A DNA stretch of 40,983 nt, from assembly GCA_040235515.1 (NCBI GenBank), contig JBECKX010000063.1:1-40983 (forward strand), in the 5' to 3' direction. The DNA is from Candidatus Zixiibacteriota bacterium (lineage in GTDB: Bacteria > Zixibacteria > MSB-5A5 > CAIYYT01). The stretch's first letter is position 1. Every line of letters starts with the position of its first letter. Both the position numbers and the translations under genes were made by a program. The notes beneath the pieces are model-generated. The model was not told the origin of the DNA, did not search any database, and was given only the letters and a program-made list of their open reading frames with translations. Shown piece after piece: positions 8,880 through 17,289 of this stretch.

Positions 8880-9389
8880 ATGATAATGTTCGTATCGATC
8901 TTCGGAGCAGGCTTTCTGATCCTGATCCTCAGTTTCATCTTTGGCGCCGATGCCGATCATGACCTGGCAGTCGATGACCTGGATGGTGGTGGACCGGCTA
9001 TCTTGAGTCTCAAGATGATCTCCCTCCTGATGATCGGTTTTGGTGCCGCTGGCTTTGGGGTTCGGGCTACAAGCGACTGGGGGATGCTGGCGGCCTCCCT
9101 CGCCGGGCTGGTTGGTGCTGCGGCGGTCGGCGGCGCGGGCTACGTGATCCTGCGGCTGTTTCATACCAGCCAGGTGACATCAACGATCGGCGACAGTGAC
9201 GTAGTGGGAATGAACGCCAATCTGATCGATGCCATCGCAAGAGATGGTTATGGTCAGGTAGCCTGCATCATACGCGGACGGGAGATCACGTTTTTGGCTC
9301 GCTCGGCGGATGGAGGCGAGATCCCGCGCAATACGCCGATCAAGATCATCGGCAAGACCGGCAATGTTGTAACCGTTGAAAAACTATAG
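8880..9389 (+). CDS. NfeD-family membrane protein (short form: N-terminal TM helices plus C-terminal OB-fold)
   Basis: Hydrophobic N-terminus MIMFVSIFGAGFLILILSFIFG... and C-terminal OB-fold-like ...PIKIIGKTGNVVTVEKL. Lies immediately upstream of the flotillin gene, the classic nfeD-SPFH pairing. Confidence 0.75.
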   Translation: MIMFVSIFGAGFLILILSFIFGADADHDLAVDDLDGGGPAILSLKMISLLMIGFGAAGFGVRATSDWGMLAASLAGLVGAAAVGGAGYVILRLFHTSQVTSTIGDSDVVGMNANLIDAIARDGYGQVACIIRGREITFLARSADGGEIPRNTPIKIIGKTGNVVTVEKL

Positions 9390-9531
9390 AGTCAGATGAG
9401 CTATCTCATGAAAGCGGGAGGACTCTGCCACGAAGCGTGGTGCGTGAGTGGGCTTGCACAACGTTTTGCGCCGAGACACAGCCACTTTGATGAAATTGGC
9501 ACTTACAGGCTAGCTTTGAAAGGATAGTAGA

Positions 9532-11103
9532 GTGTGGAACGTTGATGCACAATGGGTGTGGCCCATAATAATACTGGCGGTAGTTGTCGCCCTGTTCATC
9601 CTGGTCAAGATACTCACGCGCTTTTATGTGCGCGTACCCCCGAACCAGGCAGCATTCTTCTACGGCGCGCGGAGCGGCAGAAAGGCGGTCAAGCCTTCGG
9701 TGCCGGGAGATATGGACGTATCCAACGTTAAGTTCCTGCCGCCCGGCACTGTGGTGGTAACCGGCGGTGGACGAATCCGCAAGCCGATCATTGAGGATGT
9801 TCAGTTCCTCGATCTTACCGAGATTTCCCTGCCACAGATTCGTGTGGAGAACATGCCGAATATCGATGGTGTGCTGGTGACCGTCGAGGCGGTCGCCAAT
9901 ATTCGATTCAAGGAGGATGCTCAGTCATTGCTGGCTGCCGGTTCGCGATTCCTCGGGATGCCGCCGACACAGATTTCGGCGGTGGCCAGAGAGACGCTCG
10001 AAGCCAACCTTCGCGGTGTGGTGGGAACCTTGACGGTAGATCAGTTGATCAAGGACCGTGATGCATTCCGGCAACAGGTGTTGCGAGAGGCGGCAGAGGA
10101 CCTGTCGCGACTTGGAATGCAGATCGACGTATTCAACCCGCAATCGATCACCGATCAGCAAGGCTATATCGAGGCTCTCGGTAAGAAGAGAACCGCCGAA
10201 GTGAAGCGTGATGCGGCGATCGGTGAGGCGGAGGCGCTGGCGGAGGCCAAGAAACGTTCGACCGATGCTGAACGTGCGGCAGAAGTGGTTGCGCAGGAGA
10301 ATGAGCGACTTAAGGCAGAGGCGCAGAAGAATACTTCGGTGGCCAAGCAGCAATATGACGCGGAACTTGCCAAGCAGACCGCGGTGACGGAGCAGGCGGG
10401 TCCGCTTGTATCCGCGCAGGAACGACAGAAGGTAGTCGTAGCTGAAGTGAAGGTCGACGAAGAGCGCGCTCGCGCCCAGATTGGGGTGGAGCAGCAAACG
10501 ATCGAGCGCGAGAAAAAATCACAGGAAGCTTTGATTGTGGTGCCGGCCAAGGCGAAAGCCGATGCGCAGATTCGTGAAGCCGAGGGCTACAAGATAGCCG
10601 AGATTTCCCGCGCTGAAGGTGACAAGGCGGCTATTATCGCGCGCGCGGATGCAGAACAGCATAAGCGCTCAGCTGAGGGTATCGGTCAGGGTGAGGCGAT
10701 TAAGGCGACGGGTCTGGCGGAAGCTGATGTAATTGAGCGCCAGGGACTCGCCAAAGCTGTCTCGGTGTCTGAGCTGGCGAAGGCGTATCAGCAGTTTAAC
10801 GAAGCGGCGCTCACGCTGGAAGTGCTGAAGGTGTTGCCGCAGGTCGTAGAGGCTGCCGGATCGGTGTTCGGAGAGATCGCCAAACCGATGGCGAACATCG
10901 ACAAGCTGGTCGTGGTGGACAGCGGTGATGGTGAGGGTAAAGGCGCCTTACAACGATTCAACAAAACCGGCCCGCTGATGTTCTTCCAGTTGATCGAACA
11001 GGCAAAGGCAGCGGGAATTGATCTGTCTCAGCTGATCAAGAAGCTGGGGATCAAGATTGATGCAGCTGATGATGCCGGACTCGGCGCGGGGGACAGAACT
11101 TAA
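9532..11103 (+). CDS. Flotillin-like SPFH/band-7 family protein
   Basis: N-terminal TM segment, SPFH core, then long Ala/Glu/Lys-rich coiled-coil repeats (EAEALAEAKKRSTDAERAAEVVAQENERLKAEAQK...), the typical flotillin architecture. 523 aa. Confidence 0.9.
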   Translation: MWNVDAQWVWPIIILAVVVALFILVKILTRFYVRVPPNQAAFFYGARSGRKAVKPSVPGDMDVSNVKFLPPGTVVVTGGGRIRKPIIEDVQFLDLTEISLPQIRVENMPNIDGVLVTVEAVANIRFKEDAQSLLAAGSRFLGMPPTQISAVARETLEANLRGVVGTLTVDQLIKDRDAFRQQVLREAAEDLSRLGMQIDVFNPQSITDQQGYIEALGKKRTAEVKRDAAIGEAEALAEAKKRSTDAERAAEVVAQENERLKAEAQKNTSVAKQQYDAELAKQTAVTEQAGPLVSAQERQKVVVAEVKVDEERARAQIGVEQQTIEREKKSQEALIVVPAKAKADAQIREAEGYKIAEISRAEGDKAAIIARADAEQHKRSAEGIGQGEAIKATGLAEADVIERQGLAKAVSVSELAKAYQQFNEAALTLEVLKVLPQVVEAAGSVFGEIAKPMANIDKLVVVDSGDGEGKGALQRFNKTGPLMFFQLIEQAKAAGIDLSQLIKKLGIKIDAADDAGLGAGDRT

Positions 11104-11138
11104 TACTCTGCAGTGCAGGCAGCCTTGTGAACTATCAC

Positions 11139-11176
11139 GGCAGGAAGTCGCATGTGGCTTCCTGCCGTTTCTGTTT
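11139..11176. terminator. Bidirectional rho-independent terminator between the flotillin gene (+) and the convergent DUF1801-like gene (-)
   Basis: ggcaggaag-tcgcatgtgg-cttcctgcc followed by gtttctgttt. Confidence 0.6.
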
Positions 11177-11222
11177 GCCGATTTTGCGCGTGGGTGGTCG
11201 ACCAGTGCAGAGTCACGGGGAC

Positions 11223-11639
11223 TCACTTCCAGAGGGATTTGGCATCCCTGGTCGACTGCTTGATCAGCTTCTTCAGTACAGTGAGATCAATGTCGGCCAG
11301 CTTATTGAGATAGAGACATGACTTGCCGGTCTTGTGCCTTCCCAGGTCCCGGAGAAGCTCCGGATAGCGACTGAACCCCGGCACGATATAGAGCACCAGG
11401 TTCTGTTTGCGGGGTGAAAAACCCACTTGAAAGAAGTCCCCTTCTCTACCGCTTTCATACTTGTAGTGGACTTCGCCGAAGCCGATGATACTCGGCCCCC
11501 ACATCCTCGGCTCCAGCTTCGTGACATCCTTCATAATTTTGAGCAATTGCACGGCATCCGCGCGACGATTCTCGTTCTCGATACCTTGAATGAATTCGTC
11601 GACGCTTGCCCTGGTTGCTCGTGTCTTATTCTCGCTCAT
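11223..11639 (-). CDS. DUF1801 (YdhG-like) domain protein
   Basis: MSENKTRATRASVDEFIQGIENENRRADAVQLLKIMKDVTKLEPRMWGPSIIGFGEVHYKY...FFQVGFSPRKQNLVLYI matches the YdhG-like family pattern. The internal ATG at about 11639 has an SD (AGGAtgatgaaATG) and is preferred over the track start at 11717. Confidence 0.5.
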   Translation of the reverse strand: MSENKTRATRASVDEFIQGIENENRRADAVQLLKIMKDVTKLEPRMWGPSIIGFGEVHYKYESGREGDFFQVGFSPRKQNLVLYIVPGFSRYPELLRDLGRHKTGKSCLYLNKLADIDLTVLKKLIKQSTRDAKSLWK

Positions 11640-11773
11640 TTCATCATCCTCTGTCACGTATACGGCGTGTCGATCTATTGTATCATTGATACGTCCAGAA
11701 TCTGACTTCGTTGTCAACTCCGATTGGCACGCCCTCGGTAACTGAGGGATCTGTTGCCGCGGCTGTTGAGTTG

Positions 11774-12088
11774 CTACCGATCTCGATTTGAGGGGTTGTA
11801 GGCGAATTCCTTCATGCTCATCGATTCAGGCACGGGGTAGACACCGGCTCCCTGGCAGAGCGGACAGGGGTTCTTATCTTCGAGCCGCACGTTGATGTTG
11901 CCGGTGCCCTGACAGGCAGTGCAGTCATTGCCGGCGGCAGTAAACCCGCGTCCGTTGCAGTAAGTGCAGAGATGCGAGTGGTTTGGTGTCAGGCATCGAT
12001 TGTCGACCCAGCCGCGCCCGCCACACTCGGGGCAAGTTTTGGGATTTCCTTCAGGGTCTGGCGTTGGCCAGTCTTCGCTTTCCGACAT
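11774..12088 (-). CDS. Small DnaJ-type zinc-finger protein (four CxxCxGxG-like motifs)
   Basis: CPECGGRG...CTYCNGRG...CTACQGTG...CPLCQGAG. Good SD (gtGAGGAagcATG). Overlaps the 3' end of the upstream endopeptidase gene by about 37 nt, so it is co-transcribed with the hydrogenase genes. Confidence 0.6.
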   Translation of the reverse strand: MSESEDWPTPDPEGNPKTCPECGGRGWVDNRCLTPNHSHLCTYCNGRGFTAAGNDCTACQGTGNINVRLEDKNPCPLCQGAGVYPVPESMSMKEFAYNPSNRDR

Positions 12089-12569
12089 GCTTCCTCACTT
12101 CCAATTGAGTTCTTATCCAATCATCGATTCGCTTGAGCGCAGCCGGAACTGCCGCGGCCACTTGAGGTGTAAGGGTTTCGGAGAGGGTTTCGATATCCCC
12201 TGCTTCGATGGCGAGCACGTCGATCTGCTCACAGATATTCATCCCCAGTTGTTTGCCGAGTTCCACGGCGACAGGCAGACTGATTTGATGGCTGGTGGTC
12301 AAATTTTTCGACGGCGTAAGAACGCCAAGCTCGAAGAAGTGAATCTCTCCCGGTACACCGTTACAGGTGCAGATTGAGTCGACGATCAGTATGCGTCGTC
12401 GATCCCGCATTAGCTCGAGCAGACGAAATCCCGCCAGCGCGGCAAACGCGATTTCCAGTTCGTCGAGGTTGCCCCAGCGTTGCCGCAGGTGGTCGGCAAT
12501 GACGACTCCAACGCGGTCATCGGTAAGCACCTCGTTTCCGAGGCAGAGAACAAGGACCGGGGCGATCAC
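12051..12569 (-). CDS. NiFe-hydrogenase maturation endopeptidase (HycI/HoxM/FrhD family)
   Basis: MIAPVLVLCLGNEVLTDDRVGVVIADHL...ILIVDSI matches the family N-terminus and metal-binding D/H residues. Lies 18 nt downstream of the large-subunit gene. Confidence 0.8.
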   Translation of the reverse strand: MIAPVLVLCLGNEVLTDDRVGVVIADHLRQRWGNLDELEIAFAALAGFRLLELMRDRRRILIVDSICTCNGVPGEIHFFELGVLTPSKNLTTSHQISLPVAVELGKQLGMNICEQIDVLAIEAGDIETLSETLTPQVAAAVPAALKRIDDWIRTQLEVRKHVGKRRLANARP

Positions 12570-12587
12570 AGGTTCGGTTCTCCCGTT

Positions 12588-14072
12588 CTAGCGATTGCGG
12601 TTTACGGTTTTGACGATCTCTCCAGTGTCGGCATCATGGATAATCAATTCCAGCGGCATACCACCTGGGAGCGTGTGCGTGGCACAGCCAAAGCACGGGT
12701 CGTATGCGCGGAACGCCATTTCGATCCGGTTCAGAACGCCGTCGGTGATCTCGGAACCTTTCGTGATCAATCCTTCGGCGGCCTTTTTGATCGACATCGT
12801 AATCGGAGCGTTGTTGTTGGTTGTCCCTACGATGAGGTTTGCTTCAGTCACGATTCCATTTTGATCGGTCTTATAGTGATGCGTCAGTGTGCCACGTGGT
12901 GCCTCCACGATGCCGACACCTTCTCCCACAATGCCGTCGGGCGGATTCAGGATTTCCTCGGAGGTTAGCTCATCATCCTGCGCCTGTTGGCAGGTGGCCT
13001 CGCAGGCAAACATCAATTCGACCACGCGTGCCCAGTGTGTGGCAAGCGTGGAGTGGACCGGGGTTTGGCCGGTTCGGTCACCAGTGAGTGTCTCGTAGAA
13101 ACGTTCGTATTCGGCCTGCGCCAGCGGCGTAGCCATACCATCAGAGACGTTTAAGCGTGAGAGTGGAGAGGCTTTGTATACGCCTGAATCGACACCATCG
13201 ACGAACCCTTTCCAACCAACTTTTTTCAGGAAAGGATACTTGAGATAGGAATAGGGTTCAACGTGCTCGGCCACATAGTCAAGATAGTCCTTCGGCTCAT
13301 AGAGAGCGTGCTCCTTACCATTCGGGTCGGTGACCCGCACGCGTCCATCATAGAAAGTCACTTTGTTGTTCTCATCTACCAGCCCCATGTTATAGGTTCG
13401 GTGCGCATAGGTGTCTGACAGGATAAGATCGACGTATGCCTGGTTGGCCAGGACGATGTCATTCAGCACCTGGATTGTGAACTGACCGAACTCCACCATC
13501 TCCCTGCCGATCTGGATCATTTCCTCCTGCTCCGCCTTACTGATCCGCTTGGTCAGGCCGCCGGGAACCGAGGTTACCGGGTGCACTTTTTTGCCGCCGA
13601 TGATCTCGATTATCCGTTGTCCGCGTGCGCGCTGTGCGATCACTTTCTTGCCTGCATCGACACCAACTTTAGCGATGACGCCCAGGATATTGCGCTCCGC
13701 CTTGGGGGCATCGGGACCGCAGACAAAATCGGGACCACCCAATGCGAAGAAGTGCGTGGTGTGATCGCCCGCATAGAAGGCGTTGTACATCAGCTCGCGC
13801 AGTTTGCGTGCGGCGGAAGGAATGGTAACGCCATAGACCGCATCAGCGGCCTTGGCCGATGCCATATGGTGCGCATCAGGGCAGACGCCGCAGATACGTG
13901 TCGTGATGCGCGCGAGTTCCTCCACAGGTCTTCCCTGACAGAACTTCTCGAAGCCACGCAGTTCGGGGATCTGGAAGTAACAGTTGGCCAGCGTGCCATC
14001 ATCCTCCACAAAGAGGTGAATCTTGCCATGACCCTCGAGTCGGGTGATTGGATCTATGACTACGCTCTTCAT
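12588..14072 (-). CDS. mvhA: NiFe hydrogenase large subunit, MvhA-like (group 3 type)
   Basis: N-terminal RICGVCPDAHH (RxCGxCxxxH) and C-terminal DPCFGCATH (DPCxxCxxH) Ni-Fe ligand motifs, followed by a 28-aa C-terminal extension, the substrate of the endopeptidase. SD GAGGAGGA. 4-nt overlap with the small-subunit gene. Confidence 0.9.
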   Translation of the reverse strand: MKSVVIDPITRLEGHGKIHLFVEDDGTLANCYFQIPELRGFEKFCQGRPVEELARITTRICGVCPDAHHMASAKAADAVYGVTIPSAARKLRELMYNAFYAGDHTTHFFALGGPDFVCGPDAPKAERNILGVIAKVGVDAGKKVIAQRARGQRIIEIIGGKKVHPVTSVPGGLTKRISKAEQEEMIQIGREMVEFGQFTIQVLNDIVLANQAYVDLILSDTYAHRTYNMGLVDENNKVTFYDGRVRVTDPNGKEHALYEPKDYLDYVAEHVEPYSYLKYPFLKKVGWKGFVDGVDSGVYKASPLSRLNVSDGMATPLAQAEYERFYETLTGDRTGQTPVHSTLATHWARVVELMFACEATCQQAQDDELTSEEILNPPDGIVGEGVGIVEAPRGTLTHHYKTDQNGIVTEANLIVGTTNNNAPITMSIKKAAEGLITKGSEITDGVLNRIEMAFRAYDPCFGCATHTLPGGMPLELIIHDADTGEIVKTVNRNR

Positions 14073-15040
14073 CGGTGAGTCCTCCTCAACATTGAGTCAG
14101 CGAGGCTGAAGCGGTAGAAGGTGCCGGTCGGATCGGGGATGCGGCTGATGATCGCCGCGATCTCGCCGGGGTCGGATGAGTCGATGACGCTCGCGAGGGC
14201 CGAGACCATCTTGGCGCCCTGATCACGTACGTTTGAAGGCAGGCCATAGCAGCCGCGACAGGGGATTCCAGCGCTGACGCACTTCGCGCCACAGCCGGCG
14301 CGGGTAGCGGGACCGAGGCATACGAGCCCCTGTTCCATCAGGCAGATATCCGGGTCGGTGACCTGCTGAAAGGGTCGTTTGAAAGACTTGATCTTTTTGA
14401 CATCCTTCTTTCGTTCGCATTCGTCGCAGCAGGTTTTCTCAGTTGCGCCCAGCACCGTACCCTTCGGTGGCAACGGCTTTCCATTCTTGAGGATATCCAC
14501 CACTGCGTCGATTACCGCGGCGATCTGGTTTGATTGCGGTGGGCATCCCGGAACGATGTAGTCGACGTCAACCACCTGCGGCAGGGTGCGCACGGTGTTC
14601 CAGAACTCGGGAATCGTAATGGTTCCCTCTTCCACTTCCACGCTTGTTTGCGGACGCAGGCCGTTGCCGCCGGCGAGCGAGGGGGACTGCGAGTAGACAT
14701 AGTCGAGGATTGACTCTTTGTCATAGAGATTCGCCAGCGCGGGGATGCAGCCCTCCGAGGCACAACTACCGAAGGCCACAAGCACCACCGATTTCTGTCG
14801 CAGCAGTTGAGCGAGTTCGTAGTTTTCGCTGGTGCGAATGGCGCCATTGAAGAGGGTCAGGGTAATTGAGTTATCTTCCATCGCACGGACATCATCATAC
14901 TTGACATCCATCGCACAGGGCCAGAAGACGACATCGAAGAAGTCGGCGACTTCCAGTATCTTGGTTTCGATGTCAAGAATTGCGATATCGCAACCTCCGC
15001 ACGATGCCGCCCAGTAGACCGCGAGTTTAGGCTTCGACAT
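14069..15040 (-). CDS. mvhG: NiFe hydrogenase small subunit, MvhG-like
   Basis: MSKPKLAVYWAASCGGCDIAILD... with the proximal-cluster Cys pattern and later GCPP. Start chosen at the internal ATG with SD GGGAGG (track start 15067). Confidence 0.85.
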   Translation of the reverse strand: MSKPKLAVYWAASCGGCDIAILDIETKILEVADFFDVVFWPCAMDVKYDDVRAMEDNSITLTLFNGAIRTSENYELAQLLRQKSVVLVAFGSCASEGCIPALANLYDKESILDYVYSQSPSLAGGNGLRPQTSVEVEEGTITIPEFWNTVRTLPQVVDVDYIVPGCPPQSNQIAAVIDAVVDILKNGKPLPPKGTVLGATEKTCCDECERKKDVKKIKSFKRPFQQVTDPDICLMEQGLVCLGPATRAGCGAKCVSAGIPCRGCYGLPSNVRDQGAKMVSALASVIDSSDPGEIAAIISRIPDPTGTFYRFSLADSMLRRTHR

Positions 15041-15503
15041 GGTGTACCTCCCTTGCTTCCGGCTCAAACTTGTAGTCGCGCAATTGCAGGGGGCCCAGCG
15101 CTCGAATCTGTTCGGTAAACTCCGTTACCACCTCCTGGAAGCGGGCACCCTCGGATGCCGACACCCACTCGAGGCGAACGCGTTTGGGATCGATGCCGAA
15201 GTCGGCTACGATTTTCTGGGTCAGAGGCATTCTGCGCATACACTTGTAGTTACCCTCGATGTAATGGCAATCCCCCGGGTGGCAACCACAGACCAGGACG
15301 CCGTCGGCGCCTTTGCTGAAGGCATCCAGGATAAACCCGGGGTCGACCCGTCCGGAGCACATCACCCTGATCGCCATCATGTTCGGGGGGTATTGCAGTC
15401 TGGCCGTTCCTGCAAGATCGGCGCCCGTGTAGGAACACCAGTTGCAGAGAAAGCCAATGATCTTGGGCTCGAATTTCGATTCGGATTTTGCTTCTCCGCT
15501 CAT
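15027..15503 (-). CDS. mvhD: MvhD-like (methyl-viologen-reducing hydrogenase delta) [2Fe-2S] subunit
   Basis: IGFLCNWCSYTGADLAG...IRVMCSGRVDPGFILDAF..GADGVLVCGCHPGDCHY is the MvhD/FlpD signature. Start overlaps the stop of the upstream gene (ATGA). Confidence 0.85.
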   Translation of the reverse strand: MSGEAKSESKFEPKIIGFLCNWCSYTGADLAGTARLQYPPNMMAIRVMCSGRVDPGFILDAFSKGADGVLVCGCHPGDCHYIEGNYKCMRRMPLTQKIVADFGIDPKRVRLEWVSASEGARFQEVVTEFTEQIRALGPLQLRDYKFEPEAREVHHVEA

Positions 15504-17281
15504 GCCAGCATTCCCTCGATTTGAGTGTAGATTTGTTCGTCGGTAAAATGCCTACCGGTGATAGCACCCGCAGGACATGCGGCAACACAGGTGCCACAAG
15601 CTTTGCAGAGTGCCGAATTGACGACGCTGATGCACTTTTCATCATTGAATTCGATTGCATGGTAGGGACAGAGATCATTGCAGATACGACAGCCCGAGCA
15701 GTACTCCTCCTGGATCTCGGCGTAGGTTGCATCCATCATAATTTCACCCTTGCAGAGCAACTTCATCGCCTGAGCAGCGGCAGCGCCACCCTGTGCGACG
15801 GTGTCGGGAATATCCTTTGCGCCCTGGCAGGTACCGGCAAGGAATACTCCTTCGGTGGCGGTTTGAACCGGCCCCAATTTGGGGTGTTGTTCGATGAACC
15901 AGCCATCGGCGCCGGTGGAGATATTGAGCTTTCGCGCCATCTCTTTGGCGTCCGCCCTCGCCTCCAGAGCTGTACAGAGCACGACCATATCCACCGGGAC
16001 TTCGCGGTAACGGCCGATCAGCGTATCCTCGCATTTGATGATCAAATGCCCCTCGTGCTTCTTCTTGTTGCTTGCGGGGACGACTTCGGCGCCTTTCCCG
16101 CGGATGACGTTGCCGCCCTCATCCAGAATCCGCTGGTAGAATTCTTCATACCCTTTGCCGAAGGAGCGCATATCGATGTAGAACTGGTAGACATCCGCTC
16201 CGGTTTTCTCTTTGATAAGATGCGCAAACTTCAACGCATACATGCAACAGACGCGGCTGCAATACTTGTGATGGTCGTCATCGCGACTGCCGACGCAGTG
16301 GAGGATGCCGATGCGTCCGGGAGTCTCACCATTTTCCATCAGAATCTTGCCACCGGTGGAGCCTGCGGCATTGTTCATTCGCTCGAACTCGATCGATGAG
16401 ATCACGTTGGGGAGTGCACCGTAGCCGTATTGTTTGAGCGGAGTTGGGTCGAAGTCAGCAAATCCGGTAGCCATGACAATCGCGCCGACCTCGAACTCCT
16501 CGGTGCTATCCTTCTGTTCGTAGTCGATACACTCCTTTGGGCAGACTTCGGCACAAATCCCGCAGTTGTCGGTCTGGAAATGGATACAGTGCTCGGTATT
16601 GATGTAAGGCACGTTTGGTACGGCCTGGCGGAATGGCATTGTGATCGCCGAGTTCGGACCGAGCTGCAGTTCGCGCAGGTTCACCTTCTTGCCGTCCTGA
16701 TCTTCCAGTCGAATGTGGCCTGTCGGACAGACGGAGGCGCAGGAACCGCACAGAATACAGTCGTCCGAAACCTCGTGAAATGGTGTCGTGACATTGCGCG
16801 CCCCGCCGCGGCTGGCGAATGTGAGAGCACTGGCACCAACGATTTCTTCACAAACCCGGACGCACAATCCGCACAGAATGCAGGAATCCTCTCCGGTTCC
16901 CCAGCGCGGTTCTTCGATACCAAGTTTGCCGGCAAGGTTCCGGAGGACCGGCAGCTCGGCGCAGCGACTCATCAGCAATTCGAGATTCGTGCGGCGAGCG
17001 TTCAAGACACGCGGTGTATCGGTGAGAATCTGCAGACCATCCCAGGCGGGATAGTTGCACGAAGTTACCACCTTCGACCACCCCTTACCGTCGCGAGCTT
17101 CTACCACGCAAACTCTGCAGGCGGCATAGGGGGTGGTGAAGGGAAAGTAGCAGAGAGTTGGAATCTCTATACCGAGAGCTTGAGCAGCCTGCAAGACATA
17201 GGAGCCATCCTCTACTTCGATTTTCTGACCATCGATCTCAATGGTCACGAGAGCTTGTTTATCGCCGTTTTGACTCTTCAT
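15500..17281 (-). CDS. Fusion protein: NuoG/FdhA-type N-terminal 2Fe-2S plus 4Fe-4S ferredoxin module fused to the C-terminal half of HdrA
   Basis: N-terminus VTIEIDGQKIEVEDGSYVLQAAQALGIEIPTLCY...CRVCVV (NuoG-like 2Fe-2S). Several CxxCxxCxxxCP motifs follow, then HdrA-specific ...HCVGSRDDDHHKYCSRVCCMYALKFAHL... and a C-terminal 2x[4Fe-4S] (CSGCRICNDLCP, CKACGTCVAACP). SD AGGAGGAG. Confidence 0.8.
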   Translation of the reverse strand: MKSQNGDKQALVTIEIDGQKIEVEDGSYVLQAAQALGIEIPTLCYFPFTTPYAACRVCVVEARDGKGWSKVVTSCNYPAWDGLQILTDTPRVLNARRTNLELLMSRCAELPVLRNLAGKLGIEEPRWGTGEDSCILCGLCVRVCEEIVGASALTFASRGGARNVTTPFHEVSDDCILCGSCASVCPTGHIRLEDQDGKKVNLRELQLGPNSAITMPFRQAVPNVPYINTEHCIHFQTDNCGICAEVCPKECIDYEQKDSTEEFEVGAIVMATGFADFDPTPLKQYGYGALPNVISSIEFERMNNAAGSTGGKILMENGETPGRIGILHCVGSRDDDHHKYCSRVCCMYALKFAHLIKEKTGADVYQFYIDMRSFGKGYEEFYQRILDEGGNVIRGKGAEVVPASNKKKHEGHLIIKCEDTLIGRYREVPVDMVVLCTALEARADAKEMARKLNISTGADGWFIEQHPKLGPVQTATEGVFLAGTCQGAKDIPDTVAQGGAAAAQAMKLLCKGEIMMDATYAEIQEEYCSGCRICNDLCPYHAIEFNDEKCISVVNSALCKACGTCVAACPAGAITGRHFTDEQIYTQIEGMLA

Positions 17282-17289
17282 GACTCCTC

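Noticed and set aside
9497-9515. TTGGCAC...TAGC resembling a sigma-54 -24/-12 element just upstream of the flotillin gene
   Set aside because: The GG-to-GC spacing is one short of the invariant spacing and the -12 element is TAGC rather than TTGC. Probably chance.
9925-10550. Minus-strand ORFs (190 and 128 aa) inside the flotillin gene
   Set aside because: They are antisense to the Ala/Glu/Lys coiled-coil region. Arg/Leu/Ser-rich alternate-frame translations typical of GC-rich DNA.
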